63,160 nt of DNA, filler included, from Octopus bimaculoides (GCF_001194135.2; 3 parts of 3 records of this genome joined end to end with filler, not necessarily neighbours in it), one strand, 5' to 3'. Positions 13,286 to 26,450 are shown, counted from the first letter of the whole stretch. Numbers and translations are program-made. Notes: generated by a model from the letters alone, not told the origin.

Positions 13286-13798
13286 GGCGGCGAGCTGGCA
13301 GAACCGTTAGCACGCCGAGCGAAATGCTTCGCGGTATATCATTTGTCTTTACGTTCTGAGTTCTAATTCAGTCGAGGTTGACTTTGTCTTTTATCCTTTC
13401 GGGGTTGATAAATTAAGTACCAGTTGCGTACTGAGGTCGATCTAATCGACTGCCCTCCCCTCCTCTCCCAAAATTTCGGGCCTTGTTCCTAGAGTAGAAA
13501 AGATTACTATTGATTCCAAATTTTGGCACAAGGCCAGCAATTTCGGGGAGGGGGAAAGAAATCGATTACCTCGACCCTAGTACTTAATTGGTACTTATTT
13601 CATCGACCCCGAAAGGATGAAAGGCAAAGTCAACCACGGCGGAATTTGAACTCAACATGAAGACAGACGAAATGCTTAGCGGTGTTTCATCTGTCTTTAC
13701 GTTCCGAGTTCAAATAAGTATCAGTTGAGCTCTGGGGGTCGATACTATCTAGTATCTCCTCTCCTTAAAGTTGCTGGGTTTGTGCGAAAATTTGAAGC
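13286..13798. mobile_element. cluster of three SINE family A units (+,-,+)
   Basis: Head GGCGGCGAGCTGGCAGAA, B-box GAGTTC(A/T)AAT, central GTCGACTTTGCCTTTCATCCTTTCGGGGTCGATAAATTAAGTACCAG; + copy 13286-13503, - copy about 13511-13675, + fragment to 13798. Confidence 0.85.
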
Positions 13799-16700
13799 TG
13801 TAGTTATATAGATAGACAGATAGACTGGCAGATAGATAGATAGATGGATAGATAGATAGACAGACAGATATATAGACACATAGATAGATATAGATAGATA
13901 GTGGTGTTAAGACGGGGCTGTAATGGCCGATCGTATAACACGTGACTCCCTTGTCAAGCGTCTGTTTGGTCTGAGCCATCATTTTGAATCTGGTTAACGG
14001 CATTATCTCACCTGAATTGTAAGGAGAATCACAACAAGAGAGAATTTAGACTATTTCTAGCCTGATGACTGGATGATAATGAAATTTTAAGTTTGATGTA
14101 AGATATTAATAGAAAATAAGCAAATATATAAGAGAGTGAGAGATTGGGGGAGGGAGAGAGAAAGTGAAGGGCTGCCAAGCCGATTATGAAGGTATTAATC
14201 CTTCATCCTTAAATCTGCTAAATCTCTTTAGTGATGTTACTTTGGTGAAAGTCATCGGGTCGACATTTTAAATTTATAATAGCTACGTAATATTTACAAA
14301 AATTGTCAGCTAGGGTTAATAATAAAGGGGTTTTTTTTTGTTTTTCACAGCAGTCAACATATTTTACCTGTAGCGAATCTATCTATACCAATGTCAGTTT
14401 GTCTGTCTGCCTGTCAGTCCTTCTGTCTGTCTGTCTCTGCTTGTTTCACTTTGTCTCTCTCTCTCTCTCTNNNNNNNNNNNNNNNNNNNNNNNNNNNNNN
14501 NNNNNNNNNNNNNNNNNNNNNNNNNNNNNNNNNNNNNNNNNNNNNNNNNNNNNNNNNNNNNNNNNNNNNNNNNNNNNNNNNNNNNNNNNNNNNNNNNNNN
14601 NNNNNNNNNNNNNNNNNNNNNNNNNNNNNNNNNNNNNNNNNNNNNNNNNNNNNNNNNNNNNNNNNNNNNNNNNNNNNNNNNNNNNNNNNNNNNNNNNNNN
14701 NNNNNNNNNNNNNNNNNNNNNNNNNNNNNNNNNNNNNNNNNNNNNNNNNNNNNNNNNNNNNNNNNNNNNNNNNNNNNNNNNNNNNNNNNNNNNNNNNNNN
14801 NNGGTACGGCAGTCAAATCTTTCGGTTTGTTTGTTTAGTGTTCTTCTTTTGTTCTGGGGTGTTTGTAGCAGGAATAAAGTGACTCGACGATCTGAGGACG
14901 GATTTGAAACCGGATCGCAAAATCAGATGTTATAAAATGAATTTATAAAGTCGATAAAACTAGAGCGAGAGTGACGGACAGAGAGAGGTGGGACAAAGAG
15001 AGAGAGATAGACAGAGAGAGAGGGGGGTGGACAGAGGGAGACGGATAGAGAGATAGACAGACAGACACACAGAGAGTGACGGACAGAGAGAGAGAGAGGG
15101 ACAAAGAGAGAGAGAGAGACGGACAGAGAGAGAGATGGCATTTGAGCTTGGAAAGCTAAGAGCCGGAAAAAATGCTGCAAGGTATCTCGACGATGGTGTT
15201 GGCCGAACTTATGAACATCATCGTGGCATAAAAGATTTTATTAATATTACTCACAGCAGCAGCAGTAGTATTAGTAGTAGTTGTAACTTTTTAATTTCCT
15301 TCTCATACAGGAAAACAAACTTTGAGTTTTAGTATAGTATTGTATAATATAATACACACACACTCACAGAAATATGTGTGCGTACACACCGCACACACAC
15401 ACACAATGGGTTTCTACACGGTGTGCGCTCCTCAGCAAAATACTGCACCGGAGTAAATTGGGGGGAAAAAAACGAGTAGCTTTAAAAAAAGTACCAATGT
15501 TCCAAGCAACGTTAACATAAACGAGATGTGTGCGTGCAGTACGTTTCTGTAATAAACACCACACCTAGCAGTCAGAAATAAAGTCTTAATAAATCGCTAT
15601 CAAATGCTCAAGATCTGACCTTTGCTTTTAGTGCACATTCGGGTTCATGTATTGTGTACTTATTTATAGTTTTTTGTTTATTTATAGTTCTTGTTTAATC
15701 TTCCAATATCATCCACTAACGCAATCTTTGTTCCGAGTCATTTGAGTTGGAACAAATTGTTTTTCGTTTTGTGAGAAAGAAAGACAGATAGATAGATAGA
15801 TAGATAGATAGACACGTAGGTAGATAGTTAGATAGATAGATACATAGAGAGATAGATAGACAGATAGATAGATAGATATAGACAGACGGATGGACAAATA
15901 GATAAGGAGGATGGGGGCAAAGGAAAGTGATTTTGAAGTTTTGGCCTGTTATCCTTTGTCAGAGGAAAGCTGACCGGCCGAAACTTCGAAGTCACTGTCG
16001 CTGCTCTTGAAAATGTATAATATATATATAATCTACAAAAAAGTATCGAATAATCCTTCGGCTTAATAACAAATTGATTTTTTATAACTAGACATAGAAA
16101 CAGCCATTAATGTGTGTGTGTGTGTGTGTGTGTGTGAGTGTATAAAAAGATTCATTTATTCATTCAAACGAAAATTTACTCTTTTTTTTTTTAAGAGAAA
16201 GGAGTAAATATCGATTCCCACTTATCGATATTTGTTTAGTTTGTATCAGGAATAAAATAGTTTGAGGAAATAATTCTCGGAACAGTTTTCTTTTAATGCT
16301 GCAAATCAAGTTTGTGCCTGCATTTTGTATAGACATAACGGAGCAGTGGTTGCACTTGACTCTGTGTTATTGGACCAGTTTTGTTTCGTAGAAAGTTGTC
16401 TAACAACCTTCAATGTGTATCGTTTATATTTATATTCTGGCACGAATTCTATAGCAATGGGTTTCCATACAATTGATGCTGGAGAGGAGAACCGTCTAAG
16501 ACAGGTTGTTTTTCTTTTTCTTCTTTTACTGGTTTCAGTCATTTGGCCTGTGATGATGCTGAGGGTCCGTCTTGAAGGATTTTAGTCGAGCAAATGGACT
16601 CCAGTCACTAGCGTAGGTTGAGGGTGGTCGGTCCACCCTGGTGCAAATTTTTTTCCCACTGCCAGGAATCGAACTCACAACCATGAGCCGTATACCCTAA

Positions 16701-16996
16701 CCATTAAATAACGCGGTATGTTTCAGTAAAACGGAATCCAGGGTAATTAGTGATGTTAATTAGCAACAAAAGTTAATCCAATTAGTTTAATGGAATGCAT
16801 TAAGGTTATGAGAAAGAAAAGTTTAATGATTCGAACGCAAATTGTTTTCTTTTCTATTTCCTTTGGCAGGATTTGAACTCAGAACGTAAAGAGGTAAAAT
16901 TAGCAGCGCTAATAATTCTGTCATTCCACCGCCTCTCTCTCTCTCTCTCTCTCTCTCTTCTTCTTCTCTCTCTCCCTCTTCTTCTTTCTCTCTTCC

Positions 16997-17027
<31 letters not shown>

Positions 17028-17849
17028 GCCATTTCTCTCCCTTCTTCTCTCTTATCCCCTCTGTCTCATTCACACCCCATCTCTGTTTCCCTTCTCTTTC
17101 TCTCCGACCCTGTCTATCATTCTTTCTCCTCCTCTCTCTCTCCCTTCCTCCTCTCTCTCTCCCTTCCTCTTCCTCCTCCCTCTTCCTCTCTCATAATAGA
17201 TGACCTCGACTACTGGCTACTGATGCCTGCACTCAGGGACCTGGCACGTTTCATCGAAATAAATCGAATCGAACATATATTCTAAAAAACTAGTAATCTC
17301 TTTATGGGTATCGTAAACACGTGACGTAACGAGCAAATACTTGCTGAACTGAGAGGGAAGCCGCGAACGTCATCATCCATAGTTACAACTCAATAACAAT
17401 AATTTCAAAGCCAATGCTGTACCACTATATTGAACACTAAATTGATATTCTGGTTGTTTACCACCGCCTTCCTCTTCACCAAGTAACATACATACATATA
17501 GATATAATGATTGGCAGACGACAGCTGGAAGAGCGATATTTCTACTTGTATATCTAGCACGTACACAGAGGGCCGACTTAATAGCTTTATGGAACCCTAC
17601 AGTATTTATTTATTGACAGCAAACCACACTGTCGTAATCGTCGGCTTTATCTCGTGTCCGAGAATTTAGTTTCTTCTTTGCTGAACACTTCCTCTGTGGT
17701 GATGGCGTTGATGACAAGTCCAATTCTTGCATGGAATAATCGATGACATTGACTTCATGGCAATGTTGGTGGAGGACGAGGTTGATTTTGTCGGGGCTTT
17801 CTTTCTTTACAGTATACATAGATCAGCGGGAAGGCGCTTGAAGGCGCAT

Positions 17850-18153
17850 AGATTTGTGATTAATACATTCGGCTCACGATCGGAACGTTGTGAGTTAAAT
17901 TTCCGGTGACGCGTTCTGTCCTTGAGCAAGCCATTTATTTCACGTTGCTCCAGTCCACCCGACTAGCAAAAATGAGCTGTACTTGTATTTCAAAGGAACC
18001 AGCCTTGACACACTCTGTGTCACGCTGAATCTCCCTGTGAACTACGTTAAGGGCTATACGTGTTTGTGGAGTTCTCAGCCGTCTGCACGTTAATTTCACG
18101 AGCAGGCTGTTCCGTTGATTGGATCAACTGGAACCCTCGTCATCGTATCCGAC
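17850..18153 (+). mobile_element. tRNA-derived SINE family D, near full length
   Basis: Degenerate tRNA head, CTGTCCTTGAGCAAGCC domain, tail GTGTCACGCTGAATCTCCCTG..AACTACGTTAAGGG..GCACGTTAATTTCACGAGCAGG shared with 22690, 27024, 47040 and 60225. Confidence 0.8.
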
Positions 18154-18159
18154 AAGCTT

Positions 18160-18309
18160 CTTTCAGTTTCCGTCTACCAAATCCACTCACAAGGTTTTAG
18201 TCGGCCCGAGGATATAGTAGAAGACACTTGCCCACGGTGCCACACAGTGAGACTGAACCCGGAACCATGTAGTTGGGAAGCAAATATCTTAACACAGCCA
18301 CGCCTGCGC

Positions 18310-18310
<1 letters not shown>
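18160..18310 (-). mobile_element. SINE family B head segment
   Basis: Matches 30930-31085 and 40961-41122. Confidence 0.8.
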
Positions 18311-18376
<66 letters not shown>

Positions 18377-18936
18377 TCTAAATAATCCTTTGTTTCTATT
18401 TTCCAAAGAAATCTGTCTGTCTGGTCACACTGTTTCATTCTGACGTAATTTCTCTTGTGTTCTTTAGACCGAAATAAAAGTCTCATGTTTTTCCCCACAA
18501 TATCTTCATTATTTTTATAAAGTCACACCACCACATCAAATAGCTATGCACTTTTATTTATTAGCGACGTCAACCGGCTGAGCAGTTCCACTGCATCTAC
18601 GAAATAGACGGTTTTGCGTCGGTGTCGATGATGAATATTCACTTGTTGGCGATCCTTCCGTATTGGTCACCAGTGTGTCAGTATGAGGAGATGACATCAT
18701 ACAATGTTTTGTGGGTGAATAATGTAGTCAACCAATACCGAATGATTGCCTCGTTAGTTCAACTAAACTCCCTGCTCATTGAAATCGCGTCGAAGCGGTT
18801 GAATGCTCCACAGACATGAGTGCCCTTAATATAATTCTTAGAAATCTGTGTGACAAAGCTAGACCTTTAAATTAAAGTTACAGGTCCAGGATTCGGTATC
18901 CGGGAGTTGACATCAAACTTTACAACGATGTTTTTA

Positions 18937-19137
18937 GGCGCAGGTACGGAGTTTGCTTCGTGACCACATAGTCTCGGGTTCAGTCCCGCTGCGTGGTACC
19001 TTGGGCAAGTGTTTTCTACTATAGACTCGGGCCGACCAAAGCCTTCTGTGAGAGGATTTGCTCGACAGAAACTGAAAAAAACGCGTGTGTGTGTATTCAT
19101 GACTTTGTCCCACACCACTGCTTGACAACCGATGCTC
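18937..19137 (+). mobile_element. composite SINE family B/C (+ orientation)
   Basis: B head with GGGTTCAGTCCC box and CORE-like ACCTTGGGCAAGT, short (GT)n, then the C segment CCACTGCTTGACAACCGATGCT. Confidence 0.8.
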
Positions 19138-19355
19138 TCCTATGTAGTCGAACCCTCGACCTCTTTGCTAGCTTAGCGAATTTCTTAACGGTTTGGCCAC
19201 ACGCATACACACACGCACACAAACACGCACAGTGGTACTCCGTCGGGTACGACGATGAATGTTGTATTATTCTTTACTTGTTTCAGTCATTAGACTGCGG
19301 CCATGCTGGGACACTGTCTGAAAGCACTTTAGTCAAAAGACTCGACCCCAGTACA

Positions 19356-19392
<37 letters not shown>

Positions 19393-20631
19393 AAACCTGG
19401 TACTTATTTTATCGGAGTCTTTTGCCGAACTGCTTTGTCACGGGGGGGGACGTAAACACATCAGCACCTGTTGTGCCTTGCGCCGCCGCGTATCGAACTC
19501 ACGGCCTTACGGTCGTGAACCGAATACCTAAAACATTAAGCTACGCTTCTTCACCACACACACACACACACACACAAACACGCAAGCAATGTGGAGAGAA
19601 GTTCTAGAGTCTTCTAGACAGAGTTAAAGTTTGTTTTCCTGGACCGCTCCAACGCCATTATCACGTTGCATTACTGCACACCTAAATTGTGACATCAGAG
19701 AAAAGAAAAGAGAGAGAGACACCCACCGCTGTTACTGTTAAACAAGTTTGAAATCTGTACAATTAACCTATTTAAACATTAACAATGTTACAGCCATGTT
19801 ATGTTCATCCTCCTACTGGGACAACAACAAAAAAAAAACCTTGGTGATTCTTAATGACATGGCTTGTATATAGGTTATTATGTTGAATGTATGTATTGGT
19901 GGTTTTTTATCTTTATTTTTTTTTAATACCCAATTAATACAATAGGGAAGATAATCCTTTTGATCATACGGTGTGTTAATGTTTCAAATCGTCTTTAATA
20001 TATTGAAATATTTCAACACTGGTAAACAACAGTGAGAAATTCACGGGTGATGAAAGCCTAATTTGTAATTGCGACAAACTGTATTAAAAGGGGTGGATTG
20101 AATCGAATTCGTGTTCACCTTTGTTATGGTTACGCCGTAAAGAGACGAAAGAAACACTGAAGAGCATTCTTTTCCGATACTCTGAGTTCAAATGCCGTCG
20201 AGATCAACTTTGCCTTTCACCTTTCCGTACACGATGAAATAAAATACCAGTCAAGTACTGGGGGATGATGGTACTGATGATTCCCCCTCTCTTCAGAATT
20301 TACGGCATTTTACTTAAATCAGAAAACACTACACTGCGGTCATGCTGGGGCACCACCTTGAAGAATTTTAGTTGAACGAATCGACCCCACCACCAATCAC
20401 ACCACCGCCATCAACACCCCCGCCACCCCTAGCTCACCGTCAGTTTCATCATCGCCAACTTTACCATTGCTACTAATCTCGCCACTGCCACCAACTCCCC
20501 CGTCATCGTTGTTGCCACCCCCACCCCTTCACAGCCATCAGGCTCATTACCACCGCCACCGACATCACCACCGAAAGCACCCTCCAGCTACAATATTTAT
20601 TTCACTAGTGATTTAACAATATATATAATAT

Positions 20632-20673
<42 letters not shown>

Positions 20674-20868
20674 NNNNNNNNNNNNNNNNNNNNNNNNNNN
20701 NNNNNNNNNNNNNNNNNNNNNNNNNNNNNNNNNNNNNNNNNNNNNNNNNNNNNNNNNNNNNNNNNNNNNNNNNNNNNNNNNNNNNNNNNNNNNNNNNNNN
20801 NNNNNNNNNNNNNNNNNNNNNNNNNNNNNNNNNNNNNNNNNNNNNNNNNNNNNNNNNNNNNNNNNNNN

Positions 20869-20913
<45 letters not shown>

Positions 20914-23761
20914 TATTTTGTATTTTGTCTCAATAAAAAAAAATTCAAAATTAGAGGGATTCTTCTTTAGCCCTTAAGCTTTTAATCCAGCCACATCCTG
21001 CTCGAATATTCTGCCTGATTTATGTTAAATCTGACCACATCCAACCTCTCACACCTACCCAGCAATGCCATAGCGGGTATCGATCTTGCGACGTTACGAT
21101 CGCGAGCCGAAGACCCTAGCCACTTAGCCATGGGCCATGGTTTACTTTGATGGTAAACTGAATCCGTCACCCAGTTTGACATCTTGAACGTCCTTAGTCG
21201 AATCTACTCTGTTTTAAGCATCTGGGCCCCAGTTTCTTGTTTAAGGATCTCTTCCTTCTTCCCTCCCACGTGATACGTGGAGGGAGGACCCTGTCAAGGG
21301 TCATGGGCACTGCCTCCCACCCCACTGTCTAAGTAGATAAAAATAACTTCAGACGAACTTGGACATTTGTAACATACGCGGTTTGAGCATTTTGGTCACG
21401 GTCACACTCTCTCTCTCTTCTGTGTGTTTCTCTCTCTCTCTCTCCTTGTCTGTCTGTCTGTCTGTCTCTCCTTGTCTGTCTCTATCTATCTATCTATCTA
21501 TCTTGCCATTCTCTGCTTGTCTCTCTCTGTCTTTCTCCGTATATATGTTTCTCTCTCCCTCTCGCCCCCATCTCTTCCTACTTACTGCTGACTCATTAGC
21601 AAATTAGCAACTCTCATTATCTCCCAATCACTGGAGTCTGTATTCGCTGTCCTCACTGATTACTCTAAGATTATACAATCAACGCTCACCAACACTAACA
21701 TTGAGCTGCCGTTAATTCCCGATAAATACTATCGTTGCGTTGTTCATTACGAAGACTTAGCTGCGGCCATGTCTTCTTAATTTCTCTGCTAATTACTTGC
21801 AACCACAAATTGGAATTCTTTGAAGTTTATGCACTGCATGTCTTTGAATCTATTCTCTTCAATTTTTTTCTTTTTTTCCTTTTTGTTTTTGTTGTAATAT
21901 TACCTGAAATTTACCTTTTTAAAATATGGTTCTCCTGAAAGTATATAAAGCAAATAAACTTGCTTAATGTGCCACGCAGTGTGACTGAACCCAGAACCAT
22001 GTGGTTGAGAAAGAAACTTCTTACCACACAGCCACGCCTATACATACATACATACATACATACATATAATAAAACACCCTTTGAATCTTGAGTTTTTCCT
22101 GAAACCTCCCTGACACACAAGCAATATTATATACGCGTATGTGTGTGAGTATCGTATCGAAGAATGACAGACTGTTGGTGGTTTCTTAGTAAGACGCAAG
22201 ACTCCAGAAATGCGTTCACTCACGAATCCAACGAGTTTAGCGATTCTCAGAGGAAAAAAATGAAAAAGACTGCCTATAAATAGAACCTGACACGAACGTG
22301 CGGAAATTCCAGTTACAAATGTGAATCACACCCAACTGTCACCTTCACATTGCTGGTTGTGATTTGAAGGAGATTTACCTGAAACTACTTGCAGGTGGGT
22401 TGACTAGTTGCATGCGGTAGCGTCTCTTAGTTGTTATTTCCCCGAACTCAGACTTCCGCGAGAACTAGTAATTAATATATAGGCTAATTAATGGATGCGA
22501 TTACGTGTTTGTGCTTAATTTTTTTTTTCGTAATATGTGTAATATGTACTGGGCAGAATCTTCTGTGTGAACAGGGACGTTCTGGCATCTGTATATAGTA
22601 AGGAGACGCTAAAAGAAACACAGTGATCTACGAGGGAGCAGACCCCTAAAGTGCGATGCGATGTGCAGCGACACGTTCTCCGGTTCCAGCCTTGTTAGAT
22701 TCAGTGTCACGCTGAATCTTCCGGAGATAAGGGTACTCGTGTCTGTGGAGTGCTCAGCCACTTGCACATTGATTTCACGAGCAAGCTGTCCCATTGGTCG
22801 GATTAACTGCAGCACTCGTCATCGTAACCGACAGAGAGCCAGTTATGTTGCACGTTGTTAAACCATGGCAGGATTTGAACTTAGAACTCAAAAGAGCTGG
22901 AATAAAGATTGTAACGCAGCCCAATTCAATGTTCTTATGGTTCCGCCAATCCTTCCGTTCTAGATTGGAACTTTTTTTTAAAAATCGACCCTGAAGTGAT
23001 AAAAGCCGAAGTCGACCTCTGTGAGATTTGAACTGAGTGCAAAGTCGAAGTCCAGTGACGTACCTAAAACGTCGTCTTAGTTAAAGACGTCATAAGAATT
23101 TATAAACTTAGAGAGGACGTGAAATGATACTTTTCTTCTTCTTTTTTTTTTTGCAACGGTGGATCTCGAAGCGCATAAAGCTTTAAATAATAACATGTAA
23201 ATATTGGGTTGAAAAGCCCTTTGGGATAGAAAAAGTCAAAGGCTGCTCATGGGACTCGAACCCACATCTCATGTAGACATGACAGGCGTTCTATCCACAA
23301 GTTTTTCCAAACCAACATTTACACGCTTTTTATAGCTTTATCTGCTTCGAGATCTACCATTACAAAAACAAAGCAAAGTAAATAATCTTCGTTGTTTCAG
23401 TTTTGTAGCCTGTCATAAATTTGATTTACAACTTCCACTTGTTTATACTTTGGCGAAAAGGAGAAACATCGTGAAGAAAGTTTCAAATAATTTTTGATTT
23501 GTTTAAATCGAACGTGTTTAGTCACAACTATGTTTCACAATGTTTCCCACGAAGAGAGAGAGGGGCGGAGGGTGAGTACTGTTCTATTAATAGAACTACA
23601 CGAAATGTGGAAAGCTTATGGGTAAAAACGTGACTATTAAACATTGTTTTGTTGTAGACTTAGTAGAGCAAAACAGTTCGAGATAAAAACGTTCTTATAA
23701 TACTTTTGTGTCCGTCGAATGACTTGCTAGGCGATTAGAATAGTTCTTTTATTCTACACAG

Positions 23762-23865
23762 TTTCTGAAGGTGGTGACATTGTGGCCATCATGGCTGTCC
23801 AGAAGAACCAGAGACAAACGGTTACAACTTTGAATAGAAAGCGACTTGTGAAGTCATGCGTGGAC
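23762..23865 (+). CDS. candidate alternative first coding exon (ATG 23791; MAVQKNQRQTVTTLNRKRLVKSCVD)
   Basis: Acceptor TTCTTTTATTCTACACAG|, Kozak GCCATCATGG, 25 open codons, phase-0 donor GAC|GTAAGG at 23866; upstream donor AGG|GTGAGT at 23572. No homology support. Confidence 0.45.
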
Positions 23866-24137
23866 GTAAGGAATTAAAGTCTATCGGTGTATGGCCTTGA
23901 TATATATTCGAAATTATTGGTGCGTTAACATTGGTTTGATCTATTCTCTAGATCGCACTACAGAATATATATATCTACAGATTTTAGCCAACACTGTACG
24001 CACAAATATTGTTATCCAAACAACGTGCAGATGTCAGCATCTTGTCTGTACGCGCAGTATCTTCATAGACAGCAAGAAGGGGATTGTCGGAGCTACTTCC
24101 AGTCCTGCGTTGGGATTTCCATCTCCTAGAGAACTCT

Positions 24138-24182
<45 letters not shown>

Positions 24183-25302
24183 NNNNNNNNNNACACACAC
24201 ACACACACACACACAGAGTTTCCATTTACCACATCCACTCAGAAGGCTTTGATCAACCCAAGGTTCCACGCAGTGGGACTGAACCCGGAACCATGTAGCT
24301 GGGAAGCAAGCCGTACAAGCGCCTATCATAGCGGATCTTTTAAAATTTTGGGAGGAAAATGTGATTTTTGTCATCAGCATACAAAATTGATTTGGTGCAG
24401 AAAATTCGAGAAAATTCTGGTGTTTGGAAAAACAAAAAATTAAAAACTTATACATAGGCGCAGGTATAGTTGTATGGTAGGAAGCTTGCTTCTCGACCAC
24501 ATAGTTCCGGGTTCAATCCCAATGCATAGAACCTTGGGCAAGTGTTTTCTACTATAGCTTCGTACAAGAGCCTTGCGGTTTGGTTAAGATTTAGCTGCTG
24601 TTTTTAGCAGGTCGTACGACCACTTAGAGGCCCTGTCGACGGTTCAGAACAACGGCGAGTAACCACCTGAACGGAGAAACTTGCAGCATTAATATATCGT
24701 GGGACTGTGTGCAGAGACTAATTGTTGTTGTTGTTGTTGTGTTTTTTGCTGTTATCGCTGCTGCTGCTGCTGCTGTTTGCTTTTTGTTAATCACTGGTTT
24801 TATACCCGATAACCCTCGCCTGCTTGGTATTTTTCTTCCCGATCAGAACACTACTACTACTACTACTACTACAAGTAGTTTATTTATTTAAGGAACAGTG
24901 ATGTGACAATCAGAAACACTAGAAAGGATATTACGTGGATGCGCGCGCGCACGCACGCACGCACGCACGCACACACACAGAGGAACTGCATCATACGTGT
25001 CTGTGTCTGTGTGTGTCTGTGTGTGTCTGTGTCTGTGTCTGTGTGTGACGTTTGACTGAGGTTGCTGTTAGTCATACCTTTACAAATGTTTGTTAAAAAC
25101 TATTTATTGCGTGTGTATATGTATATATATATATATGTATGTATTACTATGTATGGATGTGTGTGTGTGTGTGTGTGTGTGTGTTGCTGTGTGTGTATGT
25201 TGCCTAACACTCCTTTTTCTATTCTGTTCCGCTGGAATATCACTTGTTTGGGTGAGTCGATTCGTGGGTGTCACCGCTGTGACACATTTCAAGGAAGTTA
25301 TA

Positions 25303-25536
25303 CAGAGTTGGCCAAAAGTCACCTGACAGTAAATCAAAACCATTTAATTCCATGATTTATTTATGTTTTAACAACTGAATGAAGTTGATAAAAGCATCTG
25401 AATGTGACACACGATGGAAATTGTTCAAACTGAAGTCCTTCTGGAGCGACACCATTTCCCATTCAAGTCAATACAGAATTATAGATAGTATGTAGAGAAA
25501 TTTGATTTACTGTCGAGTGACTTTTGGCCAACCCTA
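25303..25536. mobile_element. Tc1/mariner-type MITE with TA target-site duplication
   Basis: About 36-bp TIRs CAGAGTTGGCCAAAAGTCACCTGACAGTAAATCAAA / TTTGATTTACTGTCGAGTGACTTTTGGCCAACCCTA; TA at 25301-25302 and 25537-25538. Confidence 0.85.
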
Positions 25537-25538
25537 TA

Positions 25539-26040
25539 GGGCATGCCATCGAAGTAACACTGGAATACAAATATACGAAGCCGAGTATACCCATCATGAC
25601 TACCCGTCTGATAAGGGTACACCAGGCACATGCATCACAACCACATGTGCACGACATGGTGATCTCATATCAAGGTAAACAGCGCATGACCTCGCAGGTG
25701 GGAGCCCAGTTAGAATTTTCTTCATGTCGAGTGGTCCATCTCGCTCAAAAGGTCCCTGAAAAAGGGTTGTTTAAGGATTTTAAACGAAACACCCGTGTTT
25801 CCAGAGGTGAATTCTCCAAACCCCAAAGAATTCCTCCCAACACATGGCTATGATGCTCCCCCACTACTTCTGCTCATGGTCAGAGATGCTCATATCGTCA
25901 GCCACTAAGGGACATGCTCCACTGATTAAGGCCAAACAACTGACAAGCAAATCTGTGGTATTAAGCAGAATATTTGCTGTAATCCATCTTTTATACCAAA
26001 ATAAAACATGTTCATGATAACACTGCCAATCTTATTACCT
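25539..26040. repeat. dispersed repeat family F, longer copy
   Basis: Shares about 200 bp with 12285-12500; extent beyond the shared part is approximate. Confidence 0.6.
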
Positions 26041-26398
26041 TTGTTTTGTCCTGTGCTGTCCATAATGTTTTTCTTAATGTAAACCCCTGTAGTTAATAAA
26101 GAAATTATTATTATTATTATTATTATTATTATTGTTATTTGTCATCGTCAGCATTACTCTGTACGAGACATGTTTCGAGTGCATAAGACAAGGCTAATCT
26201 GTCGAGCTTCAAACCAGCGTACGGTCATAGTTTACTCAATGACATCATAAGAACCATCGACGATGGGTGGAAGAGAAGATGTAACAATAGGCGAGAGGTG
26301 AGGTAGGAGTGGACAAATAAAGCAAATCAGACAGTTTGAAGGAGATTTCTTCGGAGGTACATTGACATAATATAAACACACAGACAATGAGGTAGAGA

Positions 26399-26450
<52 letters not shown>

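Noticed and set aside
26160-26225. Minus-strand CGAAACATGTC resembling a hammerhead stem III / GUC site
   Set aside because: No CUGANGA core or stem II partner upstream.
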